Of a stretch of DNA of 64,000 bases, positions 56,791 through 64,000 are shown one piece after another. The stretch is from Myxococcales bacterium (GTDB lineage: Bacteria; Desulfobacterota; Binatia; HRBIN30), in assembly GCA_037445065.1 (NCBI GenBank), contig JBBILD010000011.1, positions 1 to 64,000 of the forward strand. Reading direction: 5' to 3'. Under the pieces are notes generated by a model, which saw only the letters and a program-made list of their open reading frames with translations, made no database searches and was not told the DNA's origin. The position numbers were made by a program, and so were the translations under genes. Numbering within the stretch: position 1 is the stretch's first letter; each line of letters opens with the position of its first letter.

Positions 56791-59478
56791 ATGAGGGAAC
56801 ACGCAGGCTTCGAAATTCCGGAAGAAAAACGGCTTCTTTATTGGCTCGGCGAACGGCTGATTGATTACCGCTTGCCCGCGGTCGTGCTGGTGTCGTTGGT
56901 CACCGGCTTTTTTGCGTACCACGCGGCGCAGCTCGAACTGGTGACCAGCTTCGGAGAGCTGCTTCCGCAAAGCCACCCGTACATCAAGATCCACAACCGA
57001 TTTGCGCACACATTTGGCGGCGCCAACAACATTATGGTGATGGTCGAGGTGCGTGACGGCACCATCTTCAACCCGCAGACGCTGAACAAGATCTGGAACA
57101 TGACCCAGGCCATGGACACGGTCTACGGGGTCAACCACAACCAGATCGAGTCCATCGCCCACCGCACAGTGCGTTACCTCAAAGTTGCGGCTGGGGGAAC
57201 GATGCGCGCAACACCGGTGATGCTGGGCGAGGTGCGCTCGCAAGAGGAAGCCGAACAAATCCGCCGCATCGTGCATAGCGCCGAAAACATTTACGGCATC
57301 TTGGTTTCGCTCGATGACAAGGCCGCACTGATTCGCGCCAACTTTATCGAGGGGCGGCTCGATTACCGGCGCATCTTCGAAGAAATCAATGAGAAAGTGG
57401 TCGCGCCCTTTGGCGACTCCAATACCTCGATTTTCGTAGCCGGCGAGCCGCGTTTGTACGGCTGGGTATACCGTTACGCGGACGATGTGTTCTGGATCTT
57501 GGTGCTTGCCTATTGCCTGGAGTGGCTGTTTCGGTGGGGGTACTTCCACGACTGGCGGGGAGCGCTGCGCCCGACGATCACGGGCGTAATCGCTGCCATT
57601 TGGGGACTCGGCTTTATTCGCTTGATCGGTTTTGCCCTCGATCCCCTCATGCTGGTGATGCCGTTCCTGATCACAGCACGGGCGGTGAGCCACTCGGTGC
57701 AAATGCACGATCGGTATTACGAGGAACTCGAGAAAAGTGGCTGGAACAAGCGGCATGCGATCGTTGCCGCGTTCGCGGAGTTGTTCGTGCCGACCCTATC
57801 CGGGATCACGACCGACGCCCTGGGTGTACTGGTGATTCTCCTCGTGCCCGTGATCATGCTGCAGAAGCTCGCCATCACGGCATCGTTCTGGATTTTTGCC
57901 ATTACGGTCTCGGAGCTTTTGCTCAATCCGATCGTGTATTACTACCTGCGGCCTCCGGAACCGGCCTTGGTCGTCTCGCGCGACCTCGGTCTGTTCCGTC
58001 GAGGAGTGATTTGGGCGGCAGACCGCATCGTCACACGCCGCGGGGTGTTACTGACCTTGACCGTGTGGTCTCTGGCCTCCGGTGTCGCGGTATACTTCGT
58101 GCGCGGACTGACCATTGGCGACCCCACCTCCGCGTCGCCGCTGCTGTGGCAAGACTCTGCCTACAACGTCTCCCACCAGCGCATTCAGGACAAATTCGGT
58201 GGAGTGGAGCCACTGATCGTGGTTGCTGAGGGGTTGGACCGGGACGCCATGAAGGATCCCGCGACCCTGCGCAAAATGGAGCGCTTCCAGCGTGAAATCG
58301 AGCGAGACCCGAGCGTCGGATACAGTTTTTCGCTGGCCGACATTATTCGCGCCGTGAATGCCGTGTTTCACGAACTCGAACCCAAGTGGGGAGTGATTCC
58401 CAACAACTGGGTGGATGTGGGCGGCTTGTTCTTCATTTACTTCTCTGGCTCCCCACCTTCGGAAACCGCCAAATACGTGGACCCGAGCTACACGACCGCC
58501 CATGTGACTTTCTTCTGCAAGGACCACAAGGGAGACAACATCCGTCGGATCATCCGCCGCTGTAAGGACTTCATCTTCGAAGAACAGTTGCGGGACCTCG
58601 GCATCCGCGTGCGCGAGGAAAGCAACCGGGTGTACGTGGCCGAGGTGTTGCCTCAGCCGCGGTGGGAACAGGCCGGGCCGTCGTGGACCGTCTCTGAACA
58701 CGGTGGCCCTGGCCAAGGGCCTCTGCAACCTGGTGACCGCATCGTGCGGGTCGGTAGAACTCCGGTGACCGATTTGGCCAGCTTCAGGACCGCTTTTGCG
58801 AAAGAGACGGCCGACGCCGCGCTCCTGGACTTCGGAATCGAACGCGCAAGCCAGGTCATCGAGGTAACGGTTGTGCCACCATGGAAAGCAGTGTTCAAAC
58901 TTGCTGGGGGTCTGATCGGGACTCTTGCCGCGGCCAACGAAGAACTCCTACGCAACGACGTGCTCATGAACGTGCTGGGGTTTCTCACCATGTGGGTCAT
59001 CATGCTGTTCACGTATCGGTCCTTCGCGGCAGGGCTGTACATGTTGGCACCCTTGATGATGGCCAATCTGATCGTGAACGCATACATGGCCGGGCGCGAC
59101 ATCGGGATCAACATCCACACTCTCCCTCTAGTTACGGTTGGTTTGGGCTTTGGCATTGATTACGCCCTGTACATTGTGAGCCGCACTTTGGAGGAGATCC
59201 GCCGCTGCGGGGAGCTGCGCTTGGCAGTCCGCGAGGCGCTGATGACCTCGGGCAAGGCGGTCACGTTCACGGCCTTCTCCATGGTGTTGACCACGGCACT
59301 CTGGAGCCTGTCTCACATCCGGTTCAATGCGGAAATGGGTTTGTTGCTGGCGATGTGGATGGGCATCAGTTTTTTCGGGAGCGTGACATTGCTGCCGGCC
59401 TTGTTGTTGGTCTTCCGGCCCCGGTTTCTCACCCGCGAACTCGATCGCGCTGGCATCACAGTGGGCGAGAGGAGCTAG
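56791..59478 (+). CDS. RND/MMPL family transporter with inserted PDZ-like domain
   Basis: Two repeats of TM + periplasmic domain + 5 TM; ARAVSHSVQ; GLGFGIDY; adjacent to YCF48. Confidence 0.9.
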   Translation: MREHAGFEIPEEKRLLYWLGERLIDYRLPAVVLVSLVTGFFAYHAAQLELVTSFGELLPQSHPYIKIHNRFAHTFGGANNIMVMVEVRDGTIFNPQTLNKIWNMTQAMDTVYGVNHNQIESIAHRTVRYLKVAAGGTMRATPVMLGEVRSQEEAEQIRRIVHSAENIYGILVSLDDKAALIRANFIEGRLDYRRIFEEINEKVVAPFGDSNTSIFVAGEPRLYGWVYRYADDVFWILVLAYCLEWLFRWGYFHDWRGALRPTITGVIAAIWGLGFIRLIGFALDPLMLVMPFLITARAVSHSVQMHDRYYEELEKSGWNKRHAIVAAFAELFVPTLSGITTDALGVLVILLVPVIMLQKLAITASFWIFAITVSELLLNPIVYYYLRPPEPALVVSRDLGLFRRGVIWAADRIVTRRGVLLTLTVWSLASGVAVYFVRGLTIGDPTSASPLLWQDSAYNVSHQRIQDKFGGVEPLIVVAEGLDRDAMKDPATLRKMERFQREIERDPSVGYSFSLADIIRAVNAVFHELEPKWGVIPNNWVDVGGLFFIYFSGSPPSETAKYVDPSYTTAHVTFFCKDHKGDNIRRIIRRCKDFIFEEQLRDLGIRVREESNRVYVAEVLPQPRWEQAGPSWTVSEHGGPGQGPLQPGDRIVRVGRTPVTDLASFRTAFAKETADAALLDFGIERASQVIEVTVVPPWKAVFKLAGGLIGTLAAANEELLRNDVLMNVLGFLTMWVIMLFTYRSFAAGLYMLAPLMMANLIVNAYMAGRDIGINIHTLPLVTVGLGFGIDYALYIVSRTLEEIRRCGELRLAVREALMTSGKAVTFTAFSMVLTTALWSLSHIRFNAEMGLLLAMWMGISFFGSVTLLPALLLVFRPRFLTRELDRAGITVGERS

Positions 59479-59482
59479 CCCA

Positions 59483-59671
59483 ATGCGCCTTACCCTCATG
59501 AGTTCAATCGCGATTGTGGTGCTGTTCAGCCTGCTGTTGATTGCTTTTGACGAGTGGGTAGCACGCCCGTGGCGGCGTCGCCGGTGGGAACGCCGGGCCA
59601 AGGAAGGGGACGAGCGGGCGCAGCGCCTCCTCCGCATAGCGAAAGAAGTGCGAATTAAGGGCGAGAAGTGA
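59483..59671 (+). CDS. Small single-pass membrane protein (62 aa)
   Basis: AGGAG RBS, one TM helix, basic tail, tightly coupled to the RND gene. Confidence 0.6.
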   Translation: MRLTLMSSIAIVVLFSLLLIAFDEWVARPWRRRRWERRAKEGDERAQRLLRIAKEVRIKGEK

Positions 59672-59844
59672 GAAGGCAGGGCCGATGGGTTGCGTGCGGG
59701 AGCGACGTTTCCTTCGCCTGATTCATCCGGGAACGCCGCGGGTGGCCGCGGCCAATGTTGCCGCTCTTGCGCTGGCGTTGTCTGGCGTAGCTGGGCGCGA
59801 GAGGGTGAGTGCGGCAGCGAGAAGGCCAGCGATGTGCACGATCC

Positions 59845-60624
59845 ATGGCGCGAGCGGCTGAGCGGATCGTCAAGACACTCCTGATTGCTGATAAGGAGCT
59901 CCGCGTCGCGGCTGCGTCTCCACTGCCCTACGTGCTGGTGGCCATGTTCTCCGCAATCTGCGGTTTTTTCTTCGTGACCAGGTTAGTGCTGTACAGCGAA
60001 TACTCCGTGGGCGCGGCGGTCATCGCGAATTTTTGGTTTGCATTTTTAGCTGGGGCGCCGTACTCGGTGTCGAGCGTTCTTGTCCTCGTCATTCCTCTGC
60101 TCACCATGCGAGCCTTCGCCGAGGAACGGCGATCCGGAACGCTCGAGTTGTTGCTCACCTTCCCGGTGCGGGACAGCGACGTTCTGCTCGGGAAGTTTAC
60201 CGCCACGATGGCCATCGCCTCGGTCTTGCTGGCAATCGTGGCGGGTTACGCGGTGGTGCTCTCTTGGTATGTTCCGGTGCCGTGGGCAGCGGTGGCAGTC
60301 GGGCTCCTCGGCTTGTGGCTGCTACTCGCGAGCTTTACGGCCTGCGGACTCTTTTTCTCGTCCCTTACCGAGAGTCAGGTCGTAGCGGCGCTCGGGAGTG
60401 GAGGCGTGTTGGTGCTCTGCTGGCTTGTCACGTGGAACGAGGCGGCTTTCCGCACTGGGTGGCTTGCGGTGCTGCGCCAGTTCTCGGCATTCGACCACTT
60501 CGAGCGACTGGCTCGGGGGCTGCTTGCGCTCGAGGACGTCACGTATTTTGTCACTGCCACTGCGCTGTTCCACTTCTTGACCCTGCGGGTGTTGGCGGCT
60601 CGAACCTGGCAGAGGCGCGGCTGA
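59845..60624 (+). CDS. ABC-2 type permease (GldF-like)
   Basis: IADKELR...SP..YV, PLLTMRAFAEERRSGTLELLLT.P, LLGKF, SSLTESQVVA; start uncertain. Confidence 0.88.
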   Translation: MARAAERIVKTLLIADKELRVAAASPLPYVLVAMFSAICGFFFVTRLVLYSEYSVGAAVIANFWFAFLAGAPYSVSSVLVLVIPLLTMRAFAEERRSGTLELLLTFPVRDSDVLLGKFTATMAIASVLLAIVAGYAVVLSWYVPVPWAAVAVGLLGLWLLLASFTACGLFFSSLTESQVVAALGSGGVLVLCWLVTWNEAAFRTGWLAVLRQFSAFDHFERLARGLLALEDVTYFVTATALFHFLTLRVLAARTWQRRG

Positions 60625-60626
60625 GA

Positions 60627-61946
60627 ATGGGCTTTTTCCGGGAAACTGGTCTGCCGTCGCTGTTGGCTACTGCGGGTTTCATGGCGACGATGGTCATGGT
60701 TCAGTTGTGGGCGGCGCGGCTCGGTTGGCAGTGGGATGCCAGTGTGGGGCGCCGCTTCACTCTGGCGCCGTACACAAAGCGGGTCCTCGCGGAAGCGGGC
60801 AAGCAGGTCAGGCTGTACGCGTTTGCCCCTTCGGGGCTCGAACGCAGCCGCGCCTTGCTGGAGTTGGTGGATCGCTTTGCGCAGGCGGCGCCCGGACTTT
60901 CTGTGCAGGTGTTCGATACCAATCGCAGTCCCGAGGTGGCACGCCGGCTTGGCGTTGACACCAACCTCGCGGTCGTTGTCGAGAGTGGCCAGCGCCGGCG
61001 CCTGGTGACGCATCCCAACGAGATCGCGATTTCCGCTGCCATCGCTACGGTGTATCGCACCAAGAGCCCGCGGCTGATTTGGTTTGGGCAGGACCGTGGT
61101 CGGGACTACGGTCGCATTTGGGCCGCCTTGCAAGCGGAGGGTTTCGAACCGACCAAAGAACCGCCAGCGGCGGGGCACCCCGAGCGCTTAGAGATCGCGG
61201 TTTTCGCGGGCGCGGAAGGGTTGCGTTCGGACGTGTTGCGGCGGTGGTGCACCGATTCGGCCGCCGGTTCTCGTTGTTTGGTGCTTGCCGAATCGGATAC
61301 GTGCCGCCGCTCCCCAGACGTCTGCCAATGGTTGCGGGAGACGTGGGGAGTGGCTCCGAGCGGTGAGACGATCGTGGACCACGGCTCGCGTTTGGTTGGT
61401 GGGGATCCGTTCACGATTGCCGTGCCCGGGCTGGCGGAGGATCATCCGATCTCTGCCACGATGGGAAAACCGCCGCTGTTTTCTGGGGCTACGCCAGTGG
61501 AACGTGTGGCTGCGATGCGAGGGGTGGAGGTGTGGACACTCCTGTACTCGGCGCCGTCTGCGCAAGCCGTCCGCGAGACGGCTCGCCCTGGTGGCGACGA
61601 GGGGCACGTGCTTCGGCGCGGGTCCCTACCGGTGGCCCTCGCCGCAGTGCGCCGTGGTGAAAATGGGTCGGAGGCACGGCTGGTGGTTGCCGGCGACCGG
61701 GATTTTGCCACCGATCGGTTGCTGGAATTTCTGGGCAACAAGGACTTCTTTTTGAACACTCTCAACTGGTTGTCCGACGAGGTCCAGATGTTGGGGGAGA
61801 GAGCGGAGGAGCGGCCGTTTGGAATTCAGCACGTCTTCTTCTCCGCTGCTGACATCCGCAATCTCTTCTGGACCTTGTCGGTCCTTCCCGCGGTCGGTTT
61901 CTCGCTCGTTGGCTTTGCGGTGTGGTGGCGGCGGCGCAATTTGTAG
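60627..61946 (+). CDS. GldG-like ABC transporter auxiliary component
   Basis: WD.S..RRFTL...T..VL, ARLVVAGD.DF, GNKDFFLNTLNWL, C-terminal TM ending WWRRR. Confidence 0.85.
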   Translation: MGFFRETGLPSLLATAGFMATMVMVQLWAARLGWQWDASVGRRFTLAPYTKRVLAEAGKQVRLYAFAPSGLERSRALLELVDRFAQAAPGLSVQVFDTNRSPEVARRLGVDTNLAVVVESGQRRRLVTHPNEIAISAAIATVYRTKSPRLIWFGQDRGRDYGRIWAALQAEGFEPTKEPPAAGHPERLEIAVFAGAEGLRSDVLRRWCTDSAAGSRCLVLAESDTCRRSPDVCQWLRETWGVAPSGETIVDHGSRLVGGDPFTIAVPGLAEDHPISATMGKPPLFSGATPVERVAAMRGVEVWTLLYSAPSAQAVRETARPGGDEGHVLRRGSLPVALAAVRRGENGSEARLVVAGDRDFATDRLLEFLGNKDFFLNTLNWLSDEVQMLGERAEERPFGIQHVFFSAADIRNLFWTLSVLPAVGFSLVGFAVWWRRRNL

Positions 61947-62077
61947 GAGCCGTCTGCCCTGGTGGCCCGCTGCAGTCGTGGCTGCTTTAGGGGTAACAAA
62001 CCCAACCGGAGGCCTGCTTTCTCGCGAGCAGCCCTTTTCGGGGACGAGTCGGTTTGCAATGCTGGCCGGGCAAAATC

Positions 62078-63460
62078 ATGGCTTCTACGGAAAAACGCAA
62101 AAAAGGGGCAAGCGAAATCACCAAGGGTCGTGCCCGCCGGGTTTGGAAGGTCGGCGAATTGGCCACTTCTGTCGGCAGCAGTTATTTGTGGCACGCGATT
62201 CGGGCGCCGTTTCGCTCGGCTAGTGAGCGCGAGCAAGATCTGCTCGAGACCCATATCAAAAACGCCATGCGCATTGTCGAGGGCTCGAAAGAGCTGCGCG
62301 GGGCGTTCACCAAGCTGGTGCAAATGTTGTCCATGCGGGACGACATCTTGCCCGCGGAGATGCTGTCGGTGCTGTCCACCGTCCAATCACAAGTGCCACC
62401 GATGGAATACGCGCTCATTCGTAAGCAAATCGAGCGCGAACTCGGTAAGCCCCCGGAAGAGTTGTTTGCACACTTCGAACCGGAAGCGTTCGCGGCCGCC
62501 TCGCTCGGGCAAGTCCATCGTGCCCGCCTTCGCAGTGGAGAAGAGGTGGTGGTCAAGGTCCAATACCCGGGGGTAGAAGACACGGTCAAGCAAGACCTGC
62601 AAAACATCAAGGCGCTGCTCCAAGTGATCACGCTGATTGGCCGCGATGTCATGCGCCAGCGGGTGGACGCTTCCGACGTCTACCGCGAACTCGAAGAACG
62701 ACTGTACGAGGAACTCGACTACCAGAACGAGGCGCGCAACATCGAGCGGTTTCGGAAAATGTTCCGGGATGACGACGAGGTCGTGATCCCGCGTGTGTAC
62801 CCGCAGTACACCTCGCGCCGAGTGCTCACCATGGAGTACGTCGAAGGCTACCCGTTGGCTACGGTGCTCGGTCCGGGCGTGGACCAAGAAATCAAGGATT
62901 GGGTGGCGCGCAAGTTCTTCCGGATCGTTTGGCGGCAAATCTTCGAGTATGGCACGTTGCACACAGATCCAAACCCGGGGAATTACTTGGTCACGTACCA
63001 CCCGAAACTAGTCATCCTCGATTTCGGTTCGATTCGCATTTTCCCAGAGCCGATTCGTAAGGCCTATTTAGAACTCGCCGCGGCGTTGCTGCGCAACGAT
63101 GAACAGAAGATGGCGCAGTGCTTCCTCGTGCTGGACTTCCTGGATCCAGACCAAGACCCGGCGCCGATGATCCGCATCATGCGGATCATTTTCGAGCCAG
63201 TGCTTGTCGACCGGCCGTTCAACCCGCGCGACTACAACGTGGTCGAGCGCGGCATCGAAGTGGCGCGAATCGCCATCGAGCATCGGATCTTCAAGGACCC
63301 GGGACACCGCGTGTTTCTGGTGCGGGCGCTGGTCGGGCTGGATACGTACCTCAAACAAGCAGGGACCGTGGCCAATTGGCACCGGGAGTTTCGCGCCTGT
63401 GTGGAAGCTGCCCTGGAGCGCGAAACCCAAGTTCGGGGACGAGGGGCGAGCCGCCTATAA
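62078..63460 (+). CDS. ABC1/AarF/UbiB (COQ8-like) atypical kinase
   Basis: LRGAFTKLVQ (KxGQ position), FAAASLGQVHRA, VVKVQYPG, EELDY, HTDPNPGN, LDFG. Confidence 0.93.
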   Translation: MASTEKRKKGASEITKGRARRVWKVGELATSVGSSYLWHAIRAPFRSASEREQDLLETHIKNAMRIVEGSKELRGAFTKLVQMLSMRDDILPAEMLSVLSTVQSQVPPMEYALIRKQIERELGKPPEELFAHFEPEAFAAASLGQVHRARLRSGEEVVVKVQYPGVEDTVKQDLQNIKALLQVITLIGRDVMRQRVDASDVYRELEERLYEELDYQNEARNIERFRKMFRDDDEVVIPRVYPQYTSRRVLTMEYVEGYPLATVLGPGVDQEIKDWVARKFFRIVWRQIFEYGTLHTDPNPGNYLVTYHPKLVILDFGSIRIFPEPIRKAYLELAAALLRNDEQKMAQCFLVLDFLDPDQDPAPMIRIMRIIFEPVLVDRPFNPRDYNVVERGIEVARIAIEHRIFKDPGHRVFLVRALVGLDTYLKQAGTVANWHREFRACVEAALERETQVRGRGASRL

Positions 63461-63475
63461 GCCACAGGTGCGGCG

Positions 63476-64000
63476 ATGAATTGGCGGCACGCCGCACTGT
63501 ACTGGCTTGCCTTCGCGGTGTTGGCAGTTGCCTATTGGCTGAGCGGGCCGACTGAGCGCTTTCCGGAGGGTCCGCGTTCACGGCCAGAAACCGAGGGAAC
63601 TGCTTGGACCGATCGTGTTCAGTCGGTCGTCGTGGAATCTACGCGGGGGCAAGTACGCGCGAATCGACAGGCTCAGGAATGGCGCACCGAGGGCGGGCGT
63701 GTGGTCACCGCTTTAGTGCTTGCCTTGCTCGAAGCGGTGGCCGAGCAAGAGCAACGGGAAGCGATCTCGGCGGATCCGAGCGATTCGGAGCTTCGTGCCT
63801 TCGGCTTGAGCGAACCCGCGGTGCGCCTGATCTTCGAGTTCGGTTCCGGCGAGCCCCCGCTGCGCATTCAGTTGGGGGCGCGAAACCCAGCGGGCACCGC
63901 TGTTTACGCGCGAACGGACAGGAGTGCGGCCGTCTTCTTGTGGGGCATGCAGCCGGCGTACTACGCCGAGCTGCTTCAGGAACAAGACACTCGGGGAACG
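63476..64000 (+). CDS. DUF4340-like protein (3'-truncated by window; absent from the ORF track)
   Basis: Own translation: MNWRHAALYWLAFAVLAVAYW...LRAFGLSEP...IQLGARNPAGTAVY..., open to the window end. The FGLxxP / LGxxNP motifs and GldG context fit DUF4340. Confidence 0.7.
   Translation, partial: MNWRHAALYWLAFAVLAVAYWLSGPTERFPEGPRSRPETEGTAWTDRVQSVVVESTRGQVRANRQAQEWRTEGGRVVTALVLALLEAVAEQEQREAISADPSDSELRAFGLSEPAVRLIFEFGSGEPPLRIQLGARNPAGTAVYARTDRSAAVFLWGMQPAYYAELLQEQDTRGT

Noticed and set aside
53355..57756. Long antisense ORFs (53355-54725, 56176-57756; likewise 47979-49367 and 46590-47867)
   Set aside because: Shadow ORFs opposite well-supported genes, expected from GC-rich codon bias

Overview
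Gene-dense, GC-rich bacterial chromosome segment with about 57 CDS. I found no rRNA, tRNA, CRISPR array, transposase or prophage genes. The mix of Cys-flanked dockerin-like modules, myxobacterial Cys-rich repeats, paired acyl-CoA dehydrogenases, an LLM oxidoreductase and the xerC-hslVU-argBDFG synteny suggests a Deltaproteobacteria-related lineage such as Candidatus Binatia (inference only). Layout: (1) 1-14.6 kb surface/glycosylation region: a secreted Cys-rich repeat protein, two TMTC-like GT-C/TPR proteins, an FGE-fold protein, a co-directional radical SAM / AurF-like diiron / WbqC / GT2 / GT-C cluster, and an FG-GAP protein with a dockerin-like tail. (2) 14.6-24.8 kb lipid/acyl-CoA metabolism (AgpS-like oxidoreductase, two ACAD pairs, a MenB/BadI-like crotonase) plus a decayed paralog of (3) a secreted dockerin/Cys-rich protein at 25.6-27.1 kb. 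(4) GT-C, DUF218, DUF4911, tatBC, deacetylase, TetR-LLM and a minus-strand catabolic run. (5) xerC-hslVU-argBDFG and a divergent ychF. (6) SagB-like oxidase, MEMO1/AmrB, ptsP. (7) YCF48 lipoprotein, an RND/MMPL transporter with a PDZ-like insert, GldF/GldG-like genes, an ABC1/UbiB kinase and a partial DUF4340 gene. The best candidate for an undescribed system is the radical SAM / AurF / WbqC / GT2 / GT-C cluster, a possible pathway for a chemically modified lipid-linked sugar used in surface or protein glycosylation. All family calls come from motif recognition by eye, not database searches. Several start codons were re-picked from RBS and gene-overlap evidence.
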